This document shows positions 27,201 to 35,336 of a stretch of 64,000 bases of DNA, in pieces. The notes under the pieces were generated by a model. That model had not been told where the DNA came from. It saw only the letters and a list, made by a program, of their open reading frames with translations, and did not search any database. The DNA lies in NCBI GenBank assembly GCA_023334545.1, contig JAADVB010000065.1, positions 1-64,000 on the forward strand, written 5' to 3'. Source of the DNA: Salisapilia sapeloensis CBS 127946. Its lineage: Eukaryota; Protista; Oomycota. The translations under genes and the position numbers were made by a program. Numbering within the stretch: position 1 is the first letter of the stretch; the number at the start of each line of letters is the position of its first letter.

Positions 27201-28857
27201 TACGCTTGCGTTCTACGGCGTCCAGCATTATGTCCACCATGGCCTACGCAGTTGGTATAACCTCATGGGCTCTGTCGATGTCCTAGGCAATCCGATCGGA
27301 CTTGTGAGCACACTTGGCACTGGTGTCAAAGACTTTTTCTATACACCAGCGCAGATGCTACTAGACGATGAAGACGGTAGCATCCGAATTTCCAACTTGC
27401 GTACAGGCATGACGAAAGGCTCCAAAAGCTTGCTGCGTAACACTGCCGTCGGTATCTTCCATACGACTGGGAAGATCACAGAGACACTCGGCAAAGGTCT
27501 CTCCATGCTCGCGCTAGATGACCAGTATACGCTGCATCGACAACGTCAGTTGTCGAAACAGAGTCGAGAGATCCAGGACTTGGGCGGAGCCATCACCGTC
27601 GGTAGCAGGGGACTAATTGGAGGACTGTGGGATGGCGTCAAGGGCGTCGTGTCTGCACCGGTGGAAGGTGCCGAAGTCGATGGCGCGGGCGGATTCGTCC
27701 TTGGTATTGGCAAAGGATTTGCTGGGTTAGTCGTCAAGCCGACTGCAGGCTTCTTGGATCTATTAACGAGTCTTTCGCGAGGAGCGAAGAGTAGTGCAGA
27801 AGCTATTGACGGAGGAGACCACGACTTCCAGACCGTGACACGGTTCCGACTACCACGTCGGTTCTGTGCAGATGGCGTCATCGTGTCGTACTCTTCTCGT
27901 GAAGCGAAGGGGTATGCTGTGCTCTTGCTGACGTCTCTGGACAAGACGGACGAGTACGTCTACCATGTGGACTATGGTCTTGAATCTCGAGGCATGGTCT
28001 TGCTCACGGATAAGCGAGTGGTGTGCTTAAGTGCAAAGAGTGGTCAGAAACTATGGGAGTTAGCATTGGACTCGACGCTCGTGGTACAGGTAGCAGGTAT
28101 CATGCTTTCGATCGGCCAGGCATCTGCCGCTCAGAAGACGTACAACATTGAATGCGACAATGAGATCGTTGCACTCAACTTCCAAGTCGCCGTGGATTCA
28201 GCTCGAGTTGATCCCTCCGCTACGCGCTACTTGCTGCTAAATCTCGAAAAGAATCAGGAGGAAGAGACGAGGAGAGGGATGAAGATGGTTAAGTCCAAGG
28301 GTCGAACAATCGATAGGAGAGATGCAGGAACGGAGCGAACGGATTTGCGTCTATTAATGGAAAACGTGCAGGATACCAAGGTTACTGGTTTGTCGGAGGA
28401 AGACTTGCAAGCGCAGCCTCTACGAAGTGTACGCGTGGAACTGTGCCATTTGCATAACCAAGATGCGCACTCGAACGTCCCGTCGCGGACAGTCGATCAT
28501 CTACTTTCATTCACGGTCTTTCAGATCCAGGTATACGGCGGTCCGTACCAATGGACTGTCTTCCGTCGGTACAGTCAGTTTCGAGAGCTCGTTTCCGCGC
28601 TTGAAGCTTCTGGCTATAATCTGGACTCAATGCCGTCGCTGCCACCGCGCACGTTTTTGCCCAGCACACGAGACGCTGTAGCCAAGCACCGACAAGAAGC
28701 GTTGACAGTTTTCTTGCAGGCAGCTGTAATGCATTCTGCGATTAGTCGCAGCTCGCCCATGCTTGAGTTTGTCACGAGTGAGGCGCAGGAGATGCGGGTT
28801 AGCTTACCACCTCGATCGCCTGGTATTCTCGGTGAAGACGACGAAGATGAGCAGTAA
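12226..28857 (+). CDS. VPS13: VPS13-family bridge-like lipid transfer protein, 5543 aa, single exon, with C2, PDZ and C-terminal PX domains
   Basis: Chorein_N start (LGKYVKNLDPEALKISVWSGAIE), NPRAWWRFAI, YNSQLAVWEPFVEDF, VAB/SHR-BD region (FSRSKVVTLVHRHYFVN), FQIDNQM, C-terminal GSVDVLGNPIGL and ATG2_C-like GLVVKPTAGFLD. Confidence 0.95.
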   Translation: MFIQRYVSALVDAVLGKYVKNLDPEALKISVWSGAIEIEAVELQPGLPIPGLPEVRVVQGTLHQLRINVPWHNLANQPMEVAVEDVSLLLEVAHEDENASSHTAEGSDGKSQRQEVLQRKRATIDAIEQATSFREQQKTQQKNSSSDEGGWANSFFLKLLVKLVDNVQLSVQRVHIRLEDRQSNVQQPYAVGITLQSLVMHSADEDWNYTMDVRGGGSPSALLRKKLEVHRFGIYWSLPLQQVPLTVFEDSFAFTRLMQRCFWATTPEQLAHIPALIEDSDYLIAPLSLSMKLTVNDGDGKLALTHQELSARVLSRLGTPWMVETIDMIGDDAWDEFVQSMPSLAGGRKYTLGFVFSEAWAVAREWSEEEDAIPTLEQFKQALSSCLLWSVEEVNRVERSIIKYREAVVQVMDEKTTYIDAQADIDHINVSLSRDQYLSQLSFVSFLTSRRRRKRIAALHPKQSVKQNPRAWWRFAIEAVLLDVRERIGREDWRVMDHQRRQRKKYMELYLRLWHSSSYAATLISKGVKEMSSEEAATAFDDLEYELETPKLLSLRRAVRKDMAKKELLKPKSTKTSEQTPQTNATWWSWLRGTTSSPPSQSEESASTPEDERWSEQDTKKLYEAIDFHPEEESIGEEDTLNAQTESDSEKASNMQQVQKRKKSMGEQQRVLYRVQSTLKQATLQLGWNRHSGMGKPRDLLLAEFDDMNIQFLVRPSSLEVGLQLHDAYFCQNASDLADIVRRVKQQSVFSTRDFFLERMDMNEILENHPEDVQQQMSSVRLRHCERELPVLDLSLALYSEEHDPDDANGSVVAEEGEVAGSHATAQYSRVIRVSLVTQAIKCNINLVFLLNLMSFFQRPVNVDLSRLENTAWRNAQRLQRYSTHQLKEALARRTKLEMQLDVVSPWISIVRASVDKEKESSRRVGILLFLGHLRASTLHPTKERRSSMTPHTFSNGEGDLGSGAQEFMVSSPTEEHLYDVIDFFISGVEVRVLDSVQQDADALTGDWQYLLEKTSLKLSSHLSVAPRDPTIPLVKLVGDVATVQLNLSASSFRSLLSLVYSFAYNVSDFKEQNAQVEEIVDVDENDQASSKDTRSSSSQVLLSPPHSSHGIASAMRKKKRMDFMSTTDSQSGSSERTSGGDDKTPLDNGVPSSPTHPFAATESFGTAATIAASHAEKDLEDRDLMKLWRRVLCHMRFHVGEIVLRLQVKEMDEPGTHKVIEARLGEINTRVKIRSYDRRLEFGLGTFVLEDMVLSHSTKENGKPNVIQRRFIMESGEAGEKEMPKSTSEHLIRWALTSVSSDAPLPKDKGLCKYIAYETLVPDATAKYSVWQDPLVTPLSLEASLRTLTIHVRQDTMAEIIVFFFSSNRPTEPEPPKETESSPKKRARPKSNDLPDLTEEDLRSVSSSDRQVHESLSRRLGVWVKSSLLENVADSSYGSDTKPPSWSKQSTEAEEKADTPAQEGDKWEDLPAKLQLRLHVDGLTVFLHQDEKEVAEGASSAIVSLSTEKFCGCIHKFPRYMNIFASLSSLKLSDTSLTDRHHREIVSHATSLKAHESPTLEKEFGHVPTVEEVLQTLEEIPAVFSCAMQFYGPDNIQEAWHPGYSNRFSVRLKSPRIRVLYRFVDDIRNYFFNGILLQTVMSVWYRARPEMSWEGDFQLAQVATGQSFQSHTESNDKSGGESTVFGSDVVSMFPLLDVQMDDAVLEMPPHRVSSEALILRYDRFKFSNVHVLNEYADMDNRVLAKVLLNSSLSQLKMEVSTLRIVSNILLFTDDAPGMNSGGSFMEQSLLGSTDIHLDINLRTLSAIKVDIDFTPVRLVCNQEQYAFLLRVPFQNLQERSRYRFPMRSAVELQHLLTRGGNPERPTTPPPSEHFEASGFSTMTGDIITSITSEVGEESEDDAFDEVGEQDEKHATVVIIVPELTMELLRGYQGYQPSSSGDLSMADKDKKYQGSICVLDFTKCRTQVGYAFTTRRLESEVTIDGIHVRDSRAESHISESYRDVVVFEQPSEDEWDMLKQTKSVQIRFVKETRQVEAGSIKLEASDNKEVPSGSQDHSRGNSNLSNPPSSSETREKMTSSNHVQSSTRSRGGLRKRNTLADSVTERSKLSNSHSRLVYGRDIAESSAISQRLPGRPLVDENRMELNVDVLGFRVIPSNIHYDIVRFVLHRVSSAAYDSDNESTTSRSDGRSSESGEDGDEDEVIDSEQLLPSYRLISINLTLGPSAVLLVEDPFRQKSRALRFSWDASLSLDYLRTIYPNEYMGIQDFDWMVDRNQVFFKGDINNIHATSRLSKDSVWAGGGNFSAATADCLKPIGLGFEIQMDLATSFLDCRVAFDRIMDLRFGYLDFCTTYAALESILRMSRSRYDSESEGAKRPRAHSSSSVSSATNVDRSPPSSSSSSSASGMNASMYRTGLAGSRKRSNSATTKYGTSLIYLISASFRGRLQTRPVVGIYNSPWRKRYLVLPYTPQERNLVESVAFRILPAPGSTKEIGDEVYYGDRIILEVVPNQTEDMSAQKSLRSNADGLQHQMSSSRSPEAGGLLSASMTEDASARRMLISKYDRLGANGYLGLDGAAGTFETTIWKHGTTVFNSEKSVVFDRDVIALEEMTIYRTFSRAVKNQTSRTPGNRQQPVQFGSRGKKKPDMQELTDLMGTSAKEGGGYLMFNGVGDAPIPFALSISTEPTKVNDSAETTNENETKKRSDSSDTMDKAKLPAKTLLDNLKVIEFSLPGVNATIVNDYNNMLLPLLHLRVSNLHLDVRGQLDQRFSALAQLRCGVQAYNSQLAVWEPFVEDFNVDAALHGRGGALCDYCLSERQQVSPTGIKLQCAGLPTCLFRPARTEVFTEALAHSWQSKHFIYRELLHRSDGDDGTVTDANTFVLVIKEDLNINLSRNVVNVMLHFVALVTRVAPSDERLAMRLGPFIYVDNKSGIPFRVARNQSSASGPPPSDGVNLFNKSRNELQDMVQPSLEQGLASPTADWITAESGERVATNIVAHEAPAGSVTSPLRRLLWLKPLPPSTENSSPQSTTSSSSATNKAVPVPIGYSNRSFLHLDNAHGSSQDPWRGESIICETVAEQGTLVLRLRSKVQIANYLSVPVELVYNNGEYREVVSPSGEKHAHYVPVQFLSQGEIAFCPMLEGGRLHKSNSFRIESLVQPPDTQKITRTQSKSTAHAKREPAKMRRALTFYWDVHPEADTDESFEAGRPPFQLVLSASRKANRHETHISLRAPVQLENLIPFSLLYRTVCLKSESDVGWIEGNEESFTGTHGRIASGDHAHISELEMLMDGRGESMQELETPTVVALSVSLPEVRKGLYSQWKYGTFVYGTASVARRLELDLGPSYTEDGSARQLGKLPICVEVEPVDKARSIDAKEQIVDPLAPVIVRLYCEYWLIDRTGLGLHFYTPSGARITTGRTKRVTAMDEESTDGVTASSVSLAVYSGEPSQKLSRMKIGVPSTRGREEVRSEVFDTGAVGIRGQVLVPSSSMQTRRLEQTTAGAALFSIGEDTPASNGSTTAAQMDLFKQHEFGVIVEQGPAKFSRSKVVTLVHRHYFVNSSDRFQVHIRQEGSLDERAIVRLGPRESNYFHWSDSRLRARVQVRFVLPEYATQDDGENKRAIGNTSEWSSPFELSSVGNFVLRLKKPLQRAPSYLPQCLDDRKYKESHPEDYIDELDVYYEERQMLSSGLKLSVAVELHDPSVVVYLEEGEKLEAPPPSGNTDPDLEMAVEASRDEGNRSAFVPFKIKNECSNLELVVWQKTLAGDAHTGLRVGFEGGDLVRPFQTVDYVPYAFAGQPCVFVQVQTSIGLDDDKDASDKKSKRNAKRRRRRRNSGDPLGASASLPSGTNTQVLTSFEIQLNKLHRLPTMDLSDKKTKRRLWVEVRLDETAKTLLVTDMLPGDSSEHKRRRRATLLRSWKRYNAAVLSLSRLIAAHSSTYDQPDMFESMNEGDEGFSRNSRKHVHFAGYSPEKIDEQQLDMYPAFSGVTRDRTVETDTQNAKIALCVRLVHVLKLEELYRRHGTTDWASCRPYVTIRLETTGQHTESKIYPQAAAILPRWVPILTDKKKAPSPELQLLIGAGDDKLDATLVIEIREPDRYLFGSTLLSVLEMPLQKYLENVRTSQHTYEPLSALQFLAPVEMGDQSEDKTMIRLEMCAEYYPPGSLQDSDESVDAFERVQRAMRLARIKRQLESLRKSRTDLRGLLEKEAVDISTGHHDKHLPSVSTAASVASKTVSSDKKIHRSRRTSLSEMSDTSSVTSMSVASSVATEESKSSDDAYDDLRDERQLTAVMIGVSNLQVPASMVRRSGRRVYGSTERKEVREPKVYCTITYKESTRSAMSAVAKRSSESEAKNELDANTGDGSESSADSSPDRHRHVRTYEFAKGQRLGLDLVYQNGRVLVQGVLCGDACGQLLHEGKVRIGDTVVAVDGQTIVNLHREASFRAIEKARQLGTVDEEREEEAPTTFTLSFLDQPMSQRPTWRSQESIERSDEDRGKEEEEEMAGYDAEWNRRVEFVETAPSAGDRTSTATKEESVLVRVYLRNDAVDHGLSNAQESSVVPFLYFFGDDSTMDHLDHSKQDSRFDELLGECWVPLPPFNTGDATSAFENAESVLSSAVDPLSIDSSPDSAFYERVCALYLPRTRSGQSSRRMMTMIGELRLALKWDLLDPLATAKSKEDLRIYSQIEMAHVCVSVIDDASSSAPSSSSGQAQEVLNISMSNKFADAGIQLSYAYMSSGKHVLNASVGHFQIDNQMLDTDYPVFLHPMRLIDNQVEQSAPDEDGADTSPSIRLLPTFQLMTVFGTEPGVARFDYIFAQLQELEIKLEDSTLVALAHVLRGVNWGLLDTSSGNSQHERQPSKSFADDMTGTGAGYETSEDQPELNLALRLLEKEWSSPVRILASSAGAMTISSSAESHHTGTTKVLLRWLLLCPVKVNVTFTSTADRARLLSLLSPDMSSTLRAVISAAAALMSNLDQAPIKIPEFYVENLLETTRTLAFYGVQHYVHHGLRSWYNLMGSVDVLGNPIGLVSTLGTGVKDFFYTPAQMLLDDEDGSIRISNLRTGMTKGSKSLLRNTAVGIFHTTGKITETLGKGLSMLALDDQYTLHRQRQLSKQSREIQDLGGAITVGSRGLIGGLWDGVKGVVSAPVEGAEVDGAGGFVLGIGKGFAGLVVKPTAGFLDLLTSLSRGAKSSAEAIDGGDHDFQTVTRFRLPRRFCADGVIVSYSSREAKGYAVLLLTSLDKTDEYVYHVDYGLESRGMVLLTDKRVVCLSAKSGQKLWELALDSTLVVQVAGIMLSIGQASAAQKTYNIECDNEIVALNFQVAVDSARVDPSATRYLLLNLEKNQEEETRRGMKMVKSKGRTIDRRDAGTERTDLRLLMENVQDTKVTGLSEEDLQAQPLRSVRVELCHLHNQDAHSNVPSRTVDHLLSFTVFQIQVYGGPYQWTVFRRYSQFRELVSALEASGYNLDSMPSLPPRTFLPSTRDAVAKHRQEALTVFLQAAVMHSAISRSSPMLEFVTSEAQEMRVSLPPRSPGILGEDDEDEQ

Positions 28858-29782
28858 TTTCAGAAACAATGAGTCAAAGTGGTATCGATTGAGAAGACTG
28901 TAGTGGACTGATAGGTGGGTAGAGACAGATAGTTGTAATCAAGGATTGTTGTGCATCTAGCACGACAGAAATAATGGAAACATCTTTTACGCTGAAATGA
29001 GTGTATAAACCTCGTGGGAGCTGTAAGATCTTCTGTCATTTGGATGGTAGAGCCTCTGTTCAGTTTCCTGTGAGATATGGAAAAGGTCTGCTGGTATATT
29101 AAAATGGAAGTCTTGGGATAAATGCCCGGAGGGTGTAGACACTTATATTCAGTGTAAGTGTTGGGGTGTCGCGCTTACAAACTAGTAGATGCTCGGGTCT
29201 TAGTCATGCAGAGCTCTTCGAAACAACACTGGAAGAAATTTGCTTTCCTTCTGTAGATCTGTGCTCCACTACGACGTATTTATACCACTAGGCCGTCTAG
29301 GATGATGTCTTTCCATAGGAAGATGGTTCTGTCGCAACGGTTTTACCCTTCCATTGAAAAATGGACGCATCTAATTGTGATCAATCCATTCCATCATACC
29401 ATGACTGCAGCTTCTCCCTAGTTCAAATCAACGCATAGTATGTCTACTCCTATGGCATCAAATAACGGTCAAAACCACTAGAATAGTTGTTAAAGTCCGC
29501 ATTGCAACAACATTGTGACTATGTGTACATTCCCATTTTCAGGCGTTTCGACCGTCTCCATGCTCTTCTGGACTCTAACCGCCACCAACATACTTTCTGT
29601 TTTTGCATGACATATATCATCCAAGTGAAGTGGCTCGCAGTCCCTTCTTTGCGAGTGCTTTCTTTCCAAGGATTCCGTTTCACTGGCCAGCATACGTGAT
29701 CGAGGATGAATGTGCGATAGGTCATGTTTCATCACAACGTGCGTTAGCCCCTCTCTACAGGCGAGCTTGCTCTGACATCGCA

Positions 29783-29799
29783 GCTCATTTTTAAATTCT
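29783..29799 (+). promoter_or_regulatory. Oomycete INR+FPR core promoter
   Basis: GCTCATTTTTAAATTCT, 47 nt upstream of the copy-6 ATG. Confidence 0.6.
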
Positions 29800-29846
29800 C
29801 TGCACAGGGAGCAAGCACAAACAAATTTAGTCGCATCATTGATACA

Positions 29847-30597
29847 ATGACGCTAACACCGAAGGTCAAGCAGCAACTATCCGAGTTCACTCACTCGCTG
29901 GCACATGCACCGCTTCAACTGTCCTCCCCTCCTTCACAACGAAGTTCGCCTTCCAAGTCGTCTGTGTCACCGACGTCGCCATCACACAGTAGATCGCCCC
30001 CACATGCACTCGCCGGACGAACGAAGCAAATGTGGACAGCAGAAGAGGTAAACACGTGACATGCCATATATGATCACTGTCGAGCAAGGTATTAACCATA
30101 CCTTTCATGATAGCACGAACGGTTCTTGGAAGCGCTGCAGCTATACCCAAGTGGCCCATGGAGAAGAATAGCTGAACACGTCGGTACGAAGAATGCCAGG
30201 TAAAGAGCGCTATAACATTAGCATGTACTATCAACCGTAAAGCTCATTCACCATCCATTGCAGGCAATCCATGAGCCACTGTCAAAAGTTTAGACAGAAG
30301 ATCACGCGGTGGCAACAGCAGCAAGCCGCCCAAGTTTCCAAACAAACATCGACCCACTGTAGTTCAACTGGTGGATCTACCGATACGAACGTGATCGTTA
30401 ATCATTACAAACCTATAAAGACGGAGCGTCAGAGACTATCGGAGTGTAGCAACCAATTAAAGAGCCTGCAGGTTCCGTCAGAGCCTCCATTTGATGTCGA
30501 CATGTCGGAAGAAGACTTTTTCGAAAAGGAGATTTTACCCATTTTGGAGAGTTTAGAAGATTTCCGTGATCAATATGACGAGAAAAATGGTAACTGA
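29847..30597 (+). CDS. Divergent SHAQKYF-class Myb (copy 6), 3 exons: 29847-30047, 30114-30199, 30264-30597
   Basis: WTAEE | HERFLEALQLYPSGPWRRIAEHVGTKNAR (phase-2 intron inside the Arg codon) QSMSHCQKFRQKITRW. Introns of 66 and 64 nt. Confidence 0.85.
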
Positions 30598-31578
30598 GTC
30601 GAATAAGACAAAGAGTACGGCAATGAACCGATGGATAAATGCCGAAGGAATGTATGAATGCAAAACGTTTAATGTGAAAAGTAAAGTATTTGCTTCCAAA
30701 GAGCGAATATCCATCAAAATTCGCATTCGGCTTGATGTAGCTTGTCGCATCTTGTACTCCATCTTTGCAAAATGCCTTTTACAACTCCTTGAGGGTTGCA
30801 TAGCTTAAGTAATTAATAGGTGTCGTAGAACCTATCCGCCCATCGACGTATTTAAAAAAAAATTGTCTAATATGCGGTAACAATCTAAATGTTAAATGCT
30901 GCTTTTAGGGTCATGCGTATCATTTGTTAGCTACTGAGTAGAATGCGTTCTTTCATAAAATGACGAATGCGCAATGACGACAAAATATTAACTCATGACG
31001 ACCTAATACGAACAGTCTTCCATGTACTTTCCCCATTATTTTTCTAAAGCCAGACAATATGCTACTGACCATGACAAACGGGTAGAAGAGGCGAGCAAAA
31101 CTCCTCAAGTACAGTAAAAATACTTGTACTATTTATTGGACATTTAGAATTATAGCTATGGTAACTTGGATTGTGTAGACTTGAGATCCACGTAAATGTG
31201 CGGTACAGTTTTAACATAGCTCACTTGAGAATTCGTCCCAAACAGCCGAAGTCGCATCTCCATATCGCGATACTATTGCAAAAGGGCTTGGGACCGTAGA
31301 GAATTTCCCCCTAGGGTGCCTCTTGAAAAATCGCCTTACATAGGGAACCATATACCCTTTTATAGTGATTATACTTGAAATTTATATGTGAAAATGTTTT
31401 ATACCAGAATTTGTATACGTCTTCAAGTAGATGAAGGAAAGAATTGTATGAATTAAAGCGAGTTTCTTTCTCTACTAAGATGACCTTCAATCTATGTAAA
31501 GTCTAAAATTTGTTGTCTTGTATTTACACACTTTTCTTCCTCCTCATTTACTCCCGTACAGTAGCTTGATCCCACAAG

Positions 31579-31938
31579 TTAAGATTTTAAAGACGTAGAC
31601 GTATCATCTTTTAAGTTGCTGCACTCGCGGGTTTCTTTGAAGATGTGTTTTAATGCAGCGTTATCTGTTGCTGCAGTTGTAGGAGAGTAGAAAACAGTAT
31701 TTATCTTCTTGCCATTGACCCGAAATATAGGTGGACCTCGCTTGGCATCTCCTATCAAAGATGCTGGGTTCACTTTAAGGCAGCAGTCGTTGTCGATTTT
31801 GGGTCACAAGAGATACCGACCAAGCGTAATAGCATGGCCAAATAAACCAACGTCATTGTCGATTTCCTTTGGATATTTCTGAACCTTGTTTGTCTCTTTC
31901 AACTTCTCCGTAGCTGCAGTGTTATTCGTTTTGCTCAT
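31579..31938 (-). pseudogene. Possible decayed ORF
   Basis: 120-codon frame from ATG 31938 with one internal stop (…GRYLL*PKIDNDCC…) in AT-rich DNA. No family recognised. Confidence 0.2.
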
Positions 31939-32537
31939 TGAGAGGTATAGGATGAAAGACTACGTTTGCGGCTGCACGATTTGAATGAAATGCACTAGAA
32001 ATTTGTCGAGGGTAGGGAATCCCTATGGAAAATCGCCATACTTCGGGGGCTCAGACAGGGTAGGGAGGGTGCCATACCTATGCGATGGTTCGGTGTCCTG
32101 CATTGCAACCCACACTTTAATAAAACAGTTTTACAAGTTGAAGTCCGGATATTCGTAGTCTGACCAACACACACTAGTCTTCTTATCTTTACTCAAAACT
32201 TTTTACCTTCCAAGCCACCTTCCATCCTCTTGTCGAATGCAGCCGTAATAAAATTTAAACCTCTTGTCCATGTAAAGCAGGTTCTCTAAAAGTTATTTAG
32301 CTATTCGTTTTAACGCCTACCACCCAAATGAAGCCAGATTCGAGTAGAGTTAAACGACTCAGTCATGGCAGCGTGAAAGCAACAAGCTATTGCTGGATTT
32401 ATTTACCACGTCACGTGCAATTCTCGTAGTAACTATCCATCCCACTCCATTCTGCTTGGAAGCGACATTTTCAGTTTACGCCTATACAAAAAGCAATATA
32501 AAACTTCAACCTTCATTTTTGATCAGCAAGAGACGAT

Positions 32538-34782
32538 ATGCGCCGTCTGCTCCACGTCCGACGCAGCCTCCACAGGAACTACGCCTTCCGCAAGCTTCAT
32601 AGGAAGCATCCACAAGCCCATAGATGTCTCTCTACTATAATCACAAGCAACGATAGCGACGAAACGGAAGGAACGCATCCAGCAGAGTTCCACGATCTGC
32701 CTGGCGCCGAAGAGCTAGACAAGGATGATAACGCACTGCTTCCAGCTCTACGCGTTCTATCAGAGGCACTCACAATGGCTCGGGAAAGCCCTGCTATCAA
32801 GCGGTGGACTTCCACCGAATGGCTCATGGGTCTGACCGTACTCGCTCAGCACCGCTCGAATCAACGACGTAAAGGAGATACGGTCGCCGTTTCCACTCGC
32901 TTCGAGCATTCCAGCAGTCGTTTTCCGCTTGAAAAAGACAAGTTGCAAACGTTGCTGCGCCATGTACGCACGAGTGATGCTGTGTATGAACGCAACGTCT
33001 CGTCCTTTTGCACACATACAGACTTTACGGAAGACCAAGTTCTTCGGACACACACGGGCGGCTTCTTCTCTCCCAAGTTCCACCTCGTACTAGACCATGA
33101 CCACAAAGAAATCGTCCTGACAGTCCGAGGATCGGCGTCCATTCTAGACTTTGTCACCGACCTGCACATGTGGAACGAACCTTTTCACGACGGACAAGGC
33201 CATCGAGGCATGGTACACGCCGCCAATTGGCTCGTGGCGCATCTAAAGGATGAACTAGTAGACTTACAGCATGAATACACTTCTTATCAAGTCGTTCTTA
33301 CAGGGCACAGCCTCGGCGCCGCTGTTGCTGCCTTGGCCACCATTCGTCTCCAGGACGAGATTCCAAACATCCGCTGCTATGGCTTTGGTACAGCTGCGTG
33401 TGTGACGAAAGATATCGCTCATAAATGTGCAGACTGTGTCACGACAATCGTTTATGGCGACGACTGTGTGCCTCGGCTGCATCAGCACTCGATCATCGAT
33501 CTGCACGATGAAGTCGCTTTATTTGACTGGAGACAGACACTAAAAGACATGGTCAAGGAAGGCGTGGAAGATCAAAAGATGATTATGCAGAAGACGACAG
33601 AGACACAGATCGAGGGACTAAGACAAAAGCTGGAGGCCCTGACACTCGTAAGAGAGAACGAGAACAGTGCTTTATCCAAGCTTGGACACTTGCTATCTGT
33701 ATACGCACCTTCATGCTAATATCTGAGGAACACAGGCCTAACAGAGTACATAGAACTGGTCGGAGCTGTTTCCAAACAAGACCGAAGGCTCCATGTCAGC
33801 GTCGTGGAACGCGACTCGCGCGTCCTTCCAGATGGATCGTCTTGCACTCGACCGAGTCGAGTCGATTAAAAACTTATTTATGTCTGATAGGAAAGAGGAT
33901 AAGAAGGGAAAGAGTAAGAAAGAAAGCTCTTCTTTCTGGTGGAAGCAGATGGAGTCGTCTGTCGATGCACTCGAGTTGCTTAGTGACTCGGTGAACAAAC
34001 CAGAGGAGCTCGAAAGACTACTAACTGAATCCAAGAAACTATTGGCGAAAACGTCTCAATCGGCCAAAAAGGGATCCGTTGCTGCGAAAGGTGCGCTTTA
34101 CATTGATGCAGATGGCTGACAGTACCTCACGTTGCTTGTAGTACCGCCGCAAGTGCGTAAGTTCCAGGAGCGGATTGACGGTGTCATTAAAAAGACGTCC
34201 GACTCGCTCAGTTCTGCTTTTAAAGACAAAATATCCGAGGTATCCGATGCTGTAGCTTCGAACGTTCATGACTATGTCGAAAGCGTCAAGGACGAAGCAC
34301 AGACGTGGACGACAAAACTCCGAAAGTCTTTCAAAGGAATGTCTTCATCCAACTCGAGCGGTGCGAAGCGAGAGGACATTGAATCCATGTTCCAGGCACT
34401 AGAAGCAGACACACTTGCACTACCGTCTACTAGTTGTAGCGACAAGACATCCAGTGAGAAGGCTCCATCCAAGTCAGAGCTAGAAGCACAAGAAGAGGCA
34501 CGGGATATGATTGAAAAGGAGGCTGCTAGTCAAGAGATCGAAGGAACGACGGAAGAATTGATGCATGACCCACTCTACCCTCCTGGACGACTACTGTACT
34601 TGAGCAGACCTACGGAAGATGGAAAAGAACTGGATCTGGTTGAAGTGGAAAACGACGAGTTTCAGCATATCGTTCTGTCGAATCGTATGCTGCTAGACCA
34701 CTTGTGTACGACATACGAAAAAGTGCTGCAAGAAGTGGAGAAGAAGTGGATTGAAAAGGACACAGAGATCGAAGCCAAGTAG
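32538..34782 (+). CDS. Class-3 lipase (mono/diacylglycerol-lipase-like), 3 exons: 32538-33698, 33754-34090, 34142-34782
   Basis: LTVRGS, GHRGMV, nucleophile elbow LTGHSLGAAVA, GDDCVPRL, C-terminal LYPPGRLLYL...MLLDHL. 55- and 51-nt introns keep the frame. Confidence 0.85.
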
Positions 34783-35112
34783 ACACTACTAACATGCCCA
34801 GACAAATAGATGATAGACGTCTACTCTACTCTTTTAAAGCATTCATGCTTGTCTTACTTGGGAATTTGTTCAAGAATTTGTAAGATTTCTTGCAGCCAGT
34901 CTTTCATGTCGGTAGATGGGATGTCATCCACCTTATTCCACGAGTCTTCTTTGCACCAGGCTATCTTAGTAACGAAACTAGTTGTAGCCTCTCGCTTTGC
35001 GAGAGGTATAACACGTTAGGATGGTTGATGAACATTTAGGGTGGATAAAGGAGCAAATAATACATTCTATTGTTATGCAACAGCCACTAAATTGCGTGGA
35101 GACAAATATATT

Positions 35113-35131
35113 TATATATATATATATATAT
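35113..35131. repeat. (TA)n microsatellite, about 9 units
   Basis: Direct reading of the sequence. Confidence 0.9.
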
Positions 35132-35336
35132 TGATCTTTCGATCACGTTTTTTAATTCTATCTTACATCATGCGTTCTATAGAATGTGTTCGCGCTAAGT
35201 ACTGAGTCGGCATAATTAGGATTCACATGTTGAAACTCTGATAACGATGATCGAATCGGGCGCTTCTGTGTTTGTTGGGAATAGATGATTTTGATTTGCC
35301 ACTTGCCATTGGAAACCTAGCGAAACACTTTAGGTG

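Noticed and set aside
29041-29070. TGGTAGAGC, like a tRNA D-arm
   Set aside because: No T-loop (GTTCRA) or cloverleaf follows
31319-32041. Degenerate 21-nt direct repeat (…GAAAATCGCC…) flanking the relic ORF
   Set aside because: Only 16/21 identity; too short for LTRs
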